Below, piece by piece: positions 52,129 to 64,000 of a stretch of 64,000 bases of DNA (position 1 is its first letter; every line of letters starts with the position of its first letter). Position numbers and translations under genes: made by a program. The notes beneath the pieces were generated by a model. The model worked only from the letters and a program-made list of their open reading frames with translations. It ran no database searches and had not been told where the DNA came from. The DNA is from Camelus ferus (Eukaryota), in the NCBI RefSeq assembly GCF_009834535.1, contig NC_045696.1, positions 41,046,001 to 41,110,000 on the forward strand, given 5' to 3'.

Positions 52129-52599
52129 TGTTACGGGTTGGGTTGTGTCTGCCCAAATTCATATGTTAAAGTCCTTCACCTCCAGCACATCAGAATGTGA
52201 CCTTATTTGGAATCAGGTTGCTGTAGGTATAATTATTTTAGTTGAGATGAGGTCATACTGGAGTGGGGTGGGCCCCACTCCAATATGACTGGTGTTCTTA
52301 TAAAAGGAGGAAATTTGGAGAAAGACATAAATGTAGGGAGAAGGCCATGTGAACAGGAAGGCATAGACTGGGGTGATGTGTGTACAAGTCAAGGAAAGCC
52401 AAAGATGCCGGTGAACCCCCAGAAGCTGGGAGAGAGGACTGGAACAGACTCCTCCCTAGCACCTTGAGAGGGAGGGAGCGTGACCCTGCTAACAACTTGA
52501 TCTCGGGCTCCCAAGCCTCCAGCACTGTGAGACAATAACTTTCTGTTAAGTCATTCAGTTTGAGGAACTTTCTTACAGCCACCATGGAAAACTAATACA
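52129..52599 (+). mobile_element. MLT1B/C-like solo LTR
   Basis: tgttacgggttg...cagaatgtgaccttatttgg...gatgaggtcatactgga...ggaaaactaataca. The flanks tccat/tctgt fit a 5-bp TSD tccgt with CpG decay on opposite strands. Confidence 0.8.
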
Positions 52600-53066
52600 T
52601 CTGTTACTCTAACCTAAGTTTAAAGTTTAATCTTTTAGACTTCAAAATAAGGCATGCATTTGAGCTGAAAAATAGTAAGCCAGAGGTTATACGGCAAATG
52701 CCAGGGAGGACAATATTATCGCTCCTAAGTTTATTACCGACCATTAAATGTGTTATCCTTATTAAGAAAACTGCTGACAATTTGGCTTGGTTATACATTT
52801 ATGCTCTTTTATGGTTCCACTCAGGTTGGCGTGTTTCCTTCACTGGTCTTTTTGTCCAGCCTTCCTCAGGCAGGTAGAGTGACATTGGAGAGTGAATCAT
52901 CTATCAACTAGTGACTCCTGCATTATCTTTGGTGTGCTCTAACATTTTATGTGCCTGCTCTCTAACTAGGTCACAAACTCCTCGAGTATCATATACTCCT
53001 ATTAAGCTTTCTGGGGATTATGGGTCTTATCTGGAAAATGCATGGTGCTTGTTGCAAAATACCCCC

Positions 53067-53460
53067 TGTATTAGCCAAGGTTCCCCAGAAGCAGAGTCAA
53101 TATATATGATAGATTTTAAAGAACTGACTCATTGTGGAAGTTGGCAAGTCCAAAATCTGCAAGATAGACTACTAAGCTTTTAACAATTAGGCTGCCTGGG
53201 AAGGCAGGCTGGGAAGAGTCAATACCACAGTTTGAGTCTGAAAGCAGTCTGCTGGCAGAATTTCCTCTTCAGTGGAGGTCAGTCTTTTTCTATTAAGGCC
53301 CTCAACTGCTTGGATGAGGGTCATCACTTTACTCAAAGTCTGCAGATTGAAACATTAATCTTATCTAAAAAAAAACCTTCACAGAAACATCCAGAATAAT
53401 GTTTGACCAATAACTGGTACCATGGCCTAGCTTAGTTGACACATAAAATTCCACATCATA
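53067..53460 (-). mobile_element. MLT2 (ERVL) LTR, followed by an older MLT1 fragment to ~53965
   Basis: tgtattagccaaggttccccagaagcagag...gcagtctgctggcagaatttcctctt...ccttcacagaaacatccagaataatgtttgacc...gttgacacataaaatt. Confidence 0.75.
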
Positions 53461-56400
53461 GCTCCCAGTGAATTCGGTCTCCTTGAATTCCATCCTTCTC
53501 ATAGTTCCATCCATCACTGAATCTGGATGGACCTTGTGATAATATTTGACCAATAGAATGTGGTAAATGTGACACTGAGCAAATTATGATCTTAGACTTT
53601 AAGAGGTCTTGCAAACTTACCCTGTTTCTGTCTTGGAACCCAGCCTGAATGCAAAGGGAAGGCTATTCTGTGGGGAAATCTTCAAGAAGGAGGAGATCCT
53701 GATGGAGAAAAGAGCATGAGGGAGAGAGAAGTCCAGCCAACTTGGCCTTTCTAGTCAACCTTAGCTGAGATCCCAGATACGTGAGAAGGCCATCCTGGAT
53801 CCTTGAAGCTCCTGTCAAGTTTCCGGATGACTTGGCTCATTGATCATGTGAAGTGAAGCCATCACTGCTGAGTCCTGCCCAAATTACCTGATTACGAGCA
53901 AATAAATGGTGGTTGTGTCTTAAATCGCTAAGTTTTGGAGTGGCCTCTTATGCAACACTAGTGTGCCATGATTTCTGTAAAACAATTACACTAAATGGAG
54001 AGAGTTGGGATCTAGAATAGTATCTGAAGGTGTAAATCATAGTGCTATTTTATACAGGACATTGACGATATCAACTCATCTTGCCTCAGATAAGCTTAAG
54101 ATTTCATACTACTATTTTCAGGAGGGCTGGTGTTTACATGAGACTGGCGGTTCTTGGCTGAAGCTCTTGTCTAGTTGCTATAAATTTTGGATTTGTCTCT
54201 CCCTTAAACTGGGGTTTCTAGAAGGAAAATTAAACTATTTCCCACAGTATGGTTCCTACCCTAAGCATCATTGAACCTTTCTCTCTTTCAATCTTGACCA
54301 CATACCTGTGCCCATCTGCTCAGATTTGGGGGATATAAAAGAGAAAAATTAAAAGGGGAGAAAAATGGGTAAGGAAATTTAAAAGCAACAAGTCAGAAGA
54401 GATGAAGAGAGGAGGTGAGGTTCTCAGGAGCAAGATGCAGAGGTAAATTTAAAACTATAAAAGAATTTGAGGGCTCATCTTCTAGGGTTCAGCATCAGAG
54501 TTCAGCATATTTTAGTTTATAGGCAACAAGTTTCTACCAGTATTGAGTCACCTCTCTACATGAAGCAATCAGTCCTTGAGATCTTATTTGGAACATCTTG
54601 CTCTGGGGAGCATAGGAGCCACCTGAAGAGCAAAGGCATGCAGAACAAAGAAAGGTGAGTAAGCTGGTGAATTTCTCTTGGCCCAGAAAAGCTTTTTTTT
54701 TTTTTTTTTTTGCTTTGGTTTTTAATTGATAACTTTCTCCCTGCCCTCCAATGACCACCAGGTAGAAACAGAGGGTGGTAGGGTTATACAGATACACGAA
54801 TAGGTGATTCAAGGGTTTCTCCATTAGCAGCAGCTCAGAGTTTTCCCTAATTAAGGGGTAGCAAATGCCGCTGGGAGGTTTTCCAATGGAGAAACTCGGA
54901 AACTCATCTCTAAGGTATAACAGGTGGGGGAGTTGAGATTGGCCTTTGTCACAGATGACACGGGAGGTAAGGTAAGCAGGCTTCTGTGTACTTAACTCTC
55001 TGTTGGTGGTCACAGCCCAGATGGTAGGGAAATGAAAGGGATTTTAGAACGTTTGGATGCTCCTGGGGATAAACTCATTGAAAATCTGGTTAAATAAATG
55101 AATCAAGATACAACAGAATGGTAGTTTCACAGATGACAAAAATAGAGGCTCCTCGGGAATTTTAGCATACTTATCTGACTATGTGGCGATCTTTAAAGCC
55201 ATGAGATCTCCCATAAGCATTAACAAATCTTGTCCTGTTACATGAGGAAGCCCTGTAATCTCCTGCCATTTGCTGGCCAACTGCAAACTTGACTCACTGC
55301 CTTTGGGAGAATTACCCTAAACGGTGGTTACCCAACATCAGTGAACATCAAGTTGGAGGACTAGTAAAAACACAGATTGCTGGGCCCCACTCTCAGAGTT
55401 TCAGATTCAGTAGATTTCCTGTTTTCTTTAATGGATTATAATCTTTTATAAGGATCATTTATTTTGACACTCAAAATGCTCCCCATTTGACAATGGAGGG
55501 TCTCTTCATGCTGGATTCAGAAACCACTTGATATGTACCCATCACCCCTTGAGCACTTTTTTCCTTTCTGGCACAAAATATTCTAGGCTCCTCTTGGACT
55601 TTGCCTGCCCCAGTCTTGGAAATGGACATTTTCCCAAGGAGCCATGTTCCTTTTAGTGGAGATTTGTTTTTCGGAATCAGTACCTGGGCTTTAGGTGTGC
55701 TAACTGCTAACTGGATGTAACTGCTTCCAGGCTCTGGGAGCACCTGGGGAAAAAGCTAGAGCCATTGTGCCTCCCAGGATTCCTGTCTGTCCATCTAGTG
55801 TGGGACGGAAAATGTCCGAGCACCACCAAAGTCAGCTTCCCGGTCACCAGAGCACAACCCCTTCCAAACCTCTGGAACCCTACGCGAGACGGACGCCATC
55901 AGCGAACGGCAAGCACAGGCCTCATGGCCAGTGCCTGCGGTCGCACTCTTCAGCTAAGACCATCCTGCAGATGCTCATGTTTTCAAAGCATCTTCCTTAG
56001 AATACTATCTCTGAGAGATTCTTCTCAGGAAGAGGATTCTGTGGTCAAATAATGCTGGGAACGTCACAGTTCACAAGGTCTACCAGCATGTGAAAGGCTC
56101 TGAGAAATCCTGGAGTTGAAGAAAACAGTTACCTTTATATAATCTAGTGTCACCAAAATTTCCTTCACCACAGAGCTCCTGTTTAGAGAAATGAAGGCCC
56201 AAGCCTCATTTTGTCATGCAGTGGGCAAAAGTGTCTGTTCCACGGGGCTACTGTACATACTTACAAAGGAGATAAAGAGACGTAAAAAGTGCATAGCACA
56301 GGACTTGGTATTCTTTTTCTTACATTTATTATTTATTAAAAATGGTTCCCTTTGTTATTAAAGAAATAATAGATATATTTATTCTTATAATAATTGAAAA

Positions 56401-57064
56401 AATAATAAATGCATAACGTGAAAGCTTCAAATCATAAAGGGGGGTAAAATGAAAAATACATTTCTCCACAGATCCCATAGTTTCCCAAAAGGAATTTTTT
56501 AATGTGCACATTCAGACATTCTCTGTGCATATACATGTAGACATCTCAGAAACAGATATTTTTAAATGTATTCACAGTAAATGAGATAATGGATTCACTT
56601 TCATTTACTTTGTGCCTCTGCAACATTGCCACTAAGTTTTTCCATTCTGGGGACACCAATATGTTTTTCTGAAACCCTTGGGTGAGGTAAAGGTTAGAGC
56701 TTATGTGCATGTTCCCTGAGCTGTACTTTGGTGAAGTGACGGGTTATAGAGAGTAGGGAAAAATATATAGTTGTTTGGGGGTTGAAAAAAGTAGGCTTAA
56801 ATGTGCCCTCTTTTGTAAAACCTCTCCTCATCCACGAGGAACAGAACACTAATTGAGGAAGTAAATATTCTTTCTTTCTTCTTTCTCTTCCTTCCTTCCA
56901 TCTTTCTTTCTTTCTTTTCTTTTTTCTTTCTCTCTTACCCTCTCTCTCTCTCTCTCTCCCTTCCTTCCTTCGATGGAGAAGGGACAGAGAAGAACACGGG
57001 TCCCTGGGCAGGAGAGAGTCAGAACTGCAGCTACAGAGACACCAGCTGACAGTGACTCAGATGA

Positions 57065-57478
57065 TGGATTCGTTTTCGAGAGCTGTTGTAACAAAGTGCT
57101 ACAGCTGAGTGGCCTAAACAACAGAAATCTCTCTCACTGTTCTGGAGACCAAGTCCAAAATCAAGCCATTGGCAGCGTCCACTCCTTCTAGGGGCTAGGA
57201 GGGAAGGATCTGTTCCCATTCTTTTTCCTTAGCTTGTAGACGGCTGTCTTCTCCCTGTGTCTCTTCCCATCCTCCTCTTCCCTCTGTGTGTACATGTGCC
57301 CAAATTTCCTTTTGCTATAAGAATACCAGTCATGTTGGATTAGGGACCACTCTGGTGACCTCGTTTTGACTTGATTATTTCTGTAATGACTGTCTCCACA
57401 TAAGATCCTGTTCTGGGGTACCAGGGGTTAGGACTTCAACATATGAATTTTTAGGGGGACACAATTCAGCCCATAACG
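57065..57478 (-). mobile_element. MLT1B/C-like LTR ~0.6 kb upstream of the ADGRG7 ATG
   Basis: aaacaacagaaat...ctcactgttctggag...ggggttaggacttcaacatatgaattt...gggggacacaattcagcccataac. Confidence 0.75.
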
Positions 57479-57740
57479 GATGGATTTTCATAACTGACCC
57501 TATGCCAGTAATGCTCACTCACCACTGTAGCTGTCAAAGTGAGGGCTCCTTACTGGACTCAGGTGTGGGTATCACTGTTTGACCTCTCGTTGGAGCACCT
57601 GCTGGTCTACCTCTGCTAGCGCATCCTAACAAAACACAGGCAGCTGAGCCAGAGGTGACCACCAGGTTCACCATCTCCTTAATTTCTTCTCTGTTTTTTA
57701 AATTTTTTTGTTCCCTTCCTCACTTGCTTGTCAGGACGCT

Positions 57741-57960
57741 TACACTTTGACCCTGGGAGCTATTCCCTCCCTTTCTCCTTTATTGCCCTGAGTTATCTTC
57801 CTTTCCCCATAACTCCAATCACTTTTTTCACGTTCTCGTTCGGTAAAGAACGAGGAAATTGCAAGCAGAGTATGTGCCTTTTATTAGGTGATCTGAACTG
57901 CCTCCTGCCTTATTAACTTCCTGAATCCTAAAAAATGAGGACATCTGCCTGATAGAATCC
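57741..57960 (+). promoter_or_regulatory. Putative ADGRG7 proximal promoter with HNF4, CDX, GATA and ETS motifs
   Basis: tacactttgaccc 57741-57753 (HNF4-type DR1, minus strand), tttattgc 57779-57786 and ttttattag 57879-57887 (CDX-type), ttatct 57793-57798 and tgatag 57950-57955 (GATA), acttcctg 57916-57923 (ETS). All lie 120-340 nt upstream of the ATG. Motif matches only. Confidence 0.5.
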
Positions 57961-58076
57961 TGAAAGAAGGAATTCTTTTTATTTTTTCAAATAGTTTCTG
58001 ATTTAAATCTTGGCTCAGGAAGAAAAGAAGCTGGTTGTTTTTCAACCCAGGAGTGGATTTGCGGTTTGGATTCCCT

Positions 58077-58191
58077 ATGGCTTCCTGCCGTGCGTGTGAC
58101 CTCAGGGCACTGGTGGCCATTGTGTGTGGGCTGCTGACCGCCATCGTTTTGGGACTGGCCATCTGGAGGACTGTGATCAGGATCCAGAGAG
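58077..58191 (+). CDS. ADGRG7: Adhesion GPCR G7 (GPR128), first coding exon (MASCRACDLRALVAIVCGLLTAIVLGLAIWRTVIRIQR-G)
   Basis: ATG at 58077, donor G|gtaatg at 58191/58192, 115 nt. The peptide matches the ADGRG7 N-terminus as I recall it (MASCRAWNLRVLVAVVCGLLTGIILGLGIWRIVIRIQRG). TMEM45A-ADGRG7 adjacency is the known mammalian gene order. Confidence 0.93.
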
Positions 58192-58537
58192 GTAATGTCG
58201 TCCTGCCAGTTTTAACTCAGAGCAAGAGAAGGCGCTGAGCCTCTGTCCCTGCCATCTGACACACCAGTACTGGCAAGTGACATGTCTAGGCTGCGGCTGC
58301 CCACGTTTTATGCAATATAGAAGATGAGGGTCAATTGATGGCTAGCATATGGTTGTGTGTACATGAATGTGTGTGTGTGTGAGTGTGAGAGAGCAGGGTG
58401 ACAAATGACATGGCTGAATTGGCCTCTTCGTGCTCTTTTAACTCCTGACTAAATGAATAGCAGAGTAATAATTAAAATCATTAATAACATCTGTTCATGT
58501 TTGTTTAGCTAAATCCAAGAAAGGAAAATAGTTATGG

Positions 58538-58538
<1 letters not shown>

Positions 58539-58568
<30 letters not shown>

Positions 58569-58577
58569 CACACACAC
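58539..58577. repeat. (CA)n microsatellite in ADGRG7 intron 1
   Basis: Directly visible. Confidence 0.95.
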
Positions 58578-59597
58578 AGAAGTCCATGTACACATAGAAC
58601 CAAACATGCTCAGAATGAAATTTCATTTCAAGAAGGAAGTTTAGGAATGTTTTCACTAGGATTGTAAATGAAACAATCTTATATTTTGCACACAAAGTTC
58701 CAACTTTTCAGCTGTAGAAAACGACTTGAAAGTTAAGATCATTTAGAAAACAATTTTCCTGGTTATTCAACAAGTATTTGCCAGTCACTTGCTGTCTGCT
58801 AGAGCTGACCCTGGGAAAGGGGGCATGAGGGCGGACAAATGGTGTGCAACATTGATATTGCAGGAAAGTCCCCAGAAACTCATAACAGAGAGTTTTCACA
58901 ACCTAATACTGGCTCCCTTGTTCCCTGAGGGGTTGGACATAAAGGACTTCAAAGCCTGGTGTGCCGAGCAATCCCTTTTGTAAAACACAGAGACAGTTCT
59001 AGTGAAACTGAGTAAATAAGGGTAAATAATGCCCATCAAGAAAGGGCAGGAGAGGTAACTATGGAGGACAGAAGGTTGGGGGAACCAGCAGGAGCACGAT
59101 GCAAGGCTGGGAAGATTCACTGTTGAAGACAAAAGAAGTCAAATATATTGGCTGCTGATGGAGTGGTAGCTGAGAATGGATCTGGGTATTTTTTTCCCTA
59201 AAGAAATACATATAGAGAATATTGTATTAATAGGATTTAGAGAACTAGCAAAAGAAAATTTATCAGAACAAAAACAATGAAAATTAAAGTTGGGGAGAAT
59301 GTGTTTTGTTTATTTAAGGTTTGTAAAATAGTTTGAAGTTTAAAAAAAAACTATGAACTTCAAGTTTTACCCTGTTGAGGCTGCTAAATGTATAAGGCCT
59401 TATTTAAAGGTTATACTTTAAATATTTAAAGAAATATTCCTGTCTTCCCCCTCTCTTGCCTCTTTCTTTTCCTTAATGACATCTACTTTAAAGGGAAATT
59501 TGTGGTGACTTGTAAAGAACACAGGTACAATAGAACCATTGAAACAAGGATCAAAGTACAAAAACATTATAAGGAAGAGGACAAAGTAGGGGATAGA

Positions 59598-59756
59598 AAG
59601 TATAGCACAGGAAACCACATCCAATATCTTGTAATAACTTTTAATGAAAAAGAATACGAAAATGAATATATGTATAGATATATGCATGACTGGGACATTG
59701 TGCTGTACACCAGAAACTGACACATTGTAAATGACTATACTTCAATTTAAAAAAAG
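59598..59756 (+). mobile_element. Young L1 3' end fragment
   Basis: gtatagcacaggaaacc...gaaaaagaatacgaaaatgaatatatg...gactgggacattgtgctgtacaccagaaactgacacattgtaa plus an A tail. Confidence 0.82.
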
Positions 59757-60156
59757 CATATGAAAGTCAAAGGCTAGAAGGAGTTGCTAAAAATAAATAC
59801 AAAACATACCCTGTGCTTCCTGAGGACTAAGACCCAAAATGCCATGATAAAAAATAACGAAGAACCCATGGTTAACCATAACAGCATACCAGCTCCACAG
59901 AAAAGACAAACACTTCCTTGTTCTAAGCAAATTTTTTTCTGGTGGCTCTTTACATAAGGGAACATCCCTCCGTTTGGGGGTAAACCCAGCAGAAAAGGAG
60001 GGGGTTATTGCTGTCATTTAGAGAGAAAGTGAATGTTGAGTGCTGTTACTGTTTTGCCTTACACATTGTTTCAGATTTTGTCTTAGTTGGTAAATTCTGG
60101 TCCATCCCACTCCACTCTCGTCTGCCCCTTTCCATCCCATCTCATCCCATCTCATG

Positions 60157-61077
60157 TGTCTGCTGGAAAAAAAAAAAAAGCACAACTTGAGAGCTGTGTG
60201 TTAAGTTTAATTTGGGGCAAAATGAGGAGTACAGCCCAGGAGACAGCATCTCAGACAGCTCTAAGGCAGTGGGGAAAGCCAGTATATATATGACTTAAGT
60301 GAAGGGAGGGACATGCAGTCAAGCACACATTTAGGCAGAGGCTCGCTGCTAGTCATGAGGAGCAGATATCACCATTAACAATTTCAGTGCTTTTCTAGAT
60401 ATGAGGAGATACAAAATTTGGGCTCATAAAAATCTCCTGAAAATGTTACAGAAGGCAAGTTTTTGTTCTTGACACACCATGAGGCCAAGCAGACTGAAAT
60501 GTCAGAGTTTGGAGCGGAGAAATGTTTATTGCAGGGCCGAGCAAGGAGGACGGGGTGGCTCATGCCCAAGAAAACCCCAAACTCCCCGAAGTGTTTCAGC
60601 AAAGCATATTTAAAGGCCAGGTAAGGAAGGGAAGTCACAGGGTAGTGATCAGCTGTGCAAAATTCTCAGCTTGGTTGATGTTGAGGTAACAGGGAAGTCA
60701 ACACTATCAATCCATAGGCACCAGAAGGTCTGGAGCTACTTGCTCTCTATCATCAAGTAGTTAACTTATTCCCTTTGGTAGTGGTTTTTAGCATCTGAAA
60801 AACTCAGGAAATATACATGAGATACTATTAGAAGAGAGGACATACAGCAGAGGTTATGGGGGAGAGGTCTGTCCCAGGAAGGCCCCACAGGGTCCTGCTC
60901 GGTTACAAAAATATCTATCTGAGGGCCTATTCTGCCAGTTTTCCCCAGAGCACGGAGTGCCTCATCCCTGATCTCCACCCTGGACTCCTGTCAGGATGTG
61001 TTGAAAGTCAGTGACTGCAGTGGCTTCTGACTTAATCCTTAAAGAGGCAGATGGCAGGTGCCAATTTTTAGTTGGCA
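60157..61077 (-). mobile_element. Solo ERV1-type (MER41-like) LTR interrupted by a second LTR
   Basis: TG...CA ends and perfect 4-bp TSD catg (60153-60156 and 61078-61081). Homologous to the LTR at 5234. Confidence 0.82.
60444..60907 (-). mobile_element. Solo ERV1-type LTR nested inside the 60157 LTR
   Basis: tgttac...gttaca ends, TSD aaaa (60440-60443 and 60908-60911), tttatt (minus-strand poly(A) signal) near 60525. Confidence 0.8.
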
Positions 61078-62124
61078 CATGTAAGTATTGAATAGTCTTG
61101 CTTTGCTTTCTTTGTCTGGGTATGGAGATGAATTGCTTTTAAATTTATTTGTTAAGGAGAGGGTCATGGATATCTCTGAGAAACTGATGAAAGCTATAAA
61201 AATATACATGAACACATACACATACAATTTGGGGTAAGTTAATTTTATCACATTCAAAATTTATTTTCAGTATAAATAATATGTTTATATTATTTATGAT
61301 TAATATGTTTATATAAAAATTATGTCTTTCTCTTTTTTTATGAAAAAGTAATGGCCTCCCTGTAAAAAAATAGAAAAAATTTTAAATTCTGCTCTAAGTA
61401 ACTTTCAATTTGAATCAAAGCTGCTATTGGTTGAGTATAGAATGAACATTAATGTGGCTGTATGCTATTTGTGTATTTCATTATTATAAAATGTACAATT
61501 GAGGGGTTTTTTGTTTTGTTTTGTTTTTATCGTATCCTAGGTACTATGCTAAAAACTTCACGCGTCTTATCTCATTTAATCCTGACAACCACCTTTGAGG
61601 TAGTTACTATTATACCCATGTTATAGATACTTGGCTTTCATTTTACTCAATCGCAGTACTCCCTCAAGAGCCAACATGATATAAATCAAACTCATCTGAC
61701 TCTTTCTGGAGGACAGGTGGTATTTTGGGGTTGAAAAAAAGTCCAGAGAAGTGTTTTCAGGATGGAAGAAGTTGGGTTTTAGGCAGCTGTAGCGTTATTT
61801 AGTCTTAATCCTGCTATTGTAAATCTCTCTTCCGCTCCTTTATCAATTTCCTGTCTTATGCCCTCTTATAATCACTTGCTAAATCAAGAAAAATAATTCC
61901 TATGAAAGGGAAGTGTTTTTGTTTCTGTTTTTGGAAGAGATTTTGTTGTGTAATTGGCTGAGGGGCGTGAATTATTTTAACATCAGAATTACTGGTGTTT
62001 AAGTTGCTGGTCTAATTTTTAAAGTCATTTTCTTAACTAAAGAGGCTAGAACATTGGCTTATGGGATTTTTCCTTGATTTCCAGGTATTAAATATTTTTA
62101 GTTGGAATTCTGAATACAACCCCA

Positions 62125-62625
62125 TGTTGGGGGACACAGCTGGGCTGGTGACGCAGGTTGGTAAAAAGAATTTACCAAAGGCAAGGGAAAGTTTAAGAAC
62201 AAAGGAATGTTTAATAGGTTTGCTGCTACAGGCAACAGCAGGCCACACAGGCAAGAGTTTCATGCGTGTCCACCAAGTGTGAACGTACAGGGTCTTTTAT
62301 TGAGGAAGGGGCTTTGAACCCAAAGGAATAGGGGAACAGACTTCTGACTGGCTATAAATGAGGTAAGGGGCTTTGGCATGTGGAGGATAGTGGATTTATG
62401 ACTCCAGTAAGATGGAGACATGGACTAACACAAGCAAGGCAGTGGAATTTATGATTCTGATAAGGAGGAGACATGGGTTGAGACAAGTCAGCCTGAGCTA
62501 TGGGGAGGCTAGTTATTTCAGGGCTGTCGATTTGCTAAGGCAAACACCTGCCAGGAGTTTATCTCCCAAAGAGGAGCAGGCAGTTGCCTAAGGGCTGGAA
62601 GGCTGGGGATCACAGGGCCTCCACA
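62125..62625 (-). mobile_element. Solo LTR (family not identified)
   Basis: TG...CA ends, flanks ccca/cgca, tttatt near 62296, degenerate internal tandem repeat ~62390-62490. Confidence 0.6.
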
Positions 62626-62666
62626 CGCACCAGTTGGCACTACACCCCATCCGTGGTCCTTGGTAA

Positions 62667-63318
62667 TGTTGCTGGTGTATGTAACCAGTGTCCAGGTTCT
62701 TGTCCCGCCCCAGAAAGAATTCAGAGATGGGACATGTAGGTTAAGAAAGTGAAGTGGGGATATATTAAGGAATAGTTGTTACACTCTCAAGGGGAGAGCG
62801 AGCAGGCTCAGGTGAGCAGCTGCCCTGAGTTTCTTTGGTAAGCTGGTTACATAGGCTGTAAACATGAATAGGCGGAATTTTCATTGTGGAGGGAAGGGTT
62901 TGGGGTCGTGCTCCCTGATTTTCACCCTAACTCCACCTTCCCCAAGGAAGGAGGGATTTTTGTCCTCATTTAGTCTGGATCAGAAGTGTCATGGCATCAG
63001 TGCATGACGGGTACTTCTAATCTGCAGGGCTAGTTTTATTGAAATGAGGGCATAATGAGCAGAAGGTTACATTCAGACACTATAGATTCCTAACGTTTTC
63101 CACATTTCTTGGTTGGCCTCCAGGCTACTCATCACCCCCAAAAGTGTGATCACTTAGCCCAGAGGTTCCTGCTTTTCTTTTTCTATCTAAGGACCTGGTG
63201 CTTACATGGTGTGTGGTTTCCTGCTTTTGGCCCATGCTCCTCCTTTCTGCCCAAATCCTGCCATTTGGCCTGCGTCCCCCCTTCTCTGCTCATATCTAGT
63301 TATCTGCCTGCTCTAACA
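62667..63318 (-). mobile_element. Solo ERV1-type LTR
   Basis: tgttg...ctaaca ends and perfect 4-bp TSD gtaa (62663-62666 and 63319-63322). Confidence 0.8.
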
Positions 63319-64000
63319 GTAACATATGTTACTGAAGAACATTTGTGTGAAACATGGTGATGAAGAGTGTGTACGTGAGAGTTGGGGAAAAAAACTACAT
63401 GAGTAAGAGAGGAGAAAGCTATGAAGCCTCATTCAAATCCCAATGCTTCTGCTACTTACTGAGTAAACTTGACCGAATTACTCAAAATTTTTGTGCTTCA
63501 GTTTTCCTATTGTGGGAGTAATACTAAACCCTGCCTTATCAGGCTATTATGAGAATTAAATAGTTAATACATTTACAGGTTTAGGATGATTTCTGGTACT
63601 CTGCAACCACTCAATAAATGTTTGCTAGTATTTTTAATTTAAGAATTTTTAGGTAATTTAGCACACAGTTTGCTCCACTCCCTGATTTACACCCCGAAAG
63701 GATAGCACTGACCTAGAATGGACCTTTGGATCGAAACTCAACTTATCAAATTGAAGGTCTACAATAGGTTTAATCATTAAGTTCAGCTGACTAGCTCAAA
63801 ACAGAAAAAGAAACAGTTCTAAGAACTGTCATATCTTCCTGCATCTATTTTTCAATGTTTTTACTTTACTAGACCATTGGGGAAACTTTTATTAAAACAG
63901 TTAACTGGTTTATCAGAATATGTAAACAGGTAGTTAATACTGAACAACCTTTACCTTAAGTAAAGACTATGTATTTCATTGAAAATTTTTAGGTAATTTT

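Noticed and set aside
54534..55013. 159-aa minus-strand ORF and other 60-130-aa ORFs in intergenic and intronic DNA
   Set aside because: No recognisable homology or splice structure. It crosses a poly(T) run, and such lengths are expected by chance with alternative start codons.
58035..58238. Full 67-aa ORF as the ADGRG7 exon
   Set aside because: It starts at a non-ATG codon and reads through the donor at 58192. Only 58077-58191 matches ADGRG7.
1..64000. CRISPR arrays, operons or a prokaryote-type novel system
   Set aside because: The window is mammalian intron and intergenic DNA. No regularly spaced repeat-spacer array or gene-dense segment was seen.

Overview
Mammalian genomic DNA, almost certainly from a camelid (camel, alpaca or llama), judged from four copies of the tRNA-derived Vic-1-type SINE and a recurrent young L1 3'UTR. 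Two genes lie on the + strand. The first is a complete, intact TMEM45A-family gene: five coding exons from 25817 to 46194, 828 nt, 275 aa, all GT-AG introns with phases that fit. The second is the first coding exon of ADGRG7/GPR128 (58077-58191), whose first intron runs off the window. The rest is mostly transposable-element sequence: L1s of several ages, a two-LTR non-autonomous ERV1 (MER4-group-like) provirus nested in an MLT1D, solo LTRs (some nested), MLT1/MLT2, MIR, MER5/MER20 and microsatellites. I found no evidence of a new multi-gene system. The most unusual structures are a TSD-flanked, internally deleted L1 that keeps both ends (TMEM45A last intron), a near-perfect ~94-nt fold-back hairpin made inside it, candidate unannotated 5'UTR exons, a promoter and a tandem HIF-site cluster upstream of TMEM45A, and HNF4/CDX2/GATA/HNF1 motif clusters at ADGRG7. 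Repeat family names come from memory of consensus sequences. Boundaries without TSD support are approximate.
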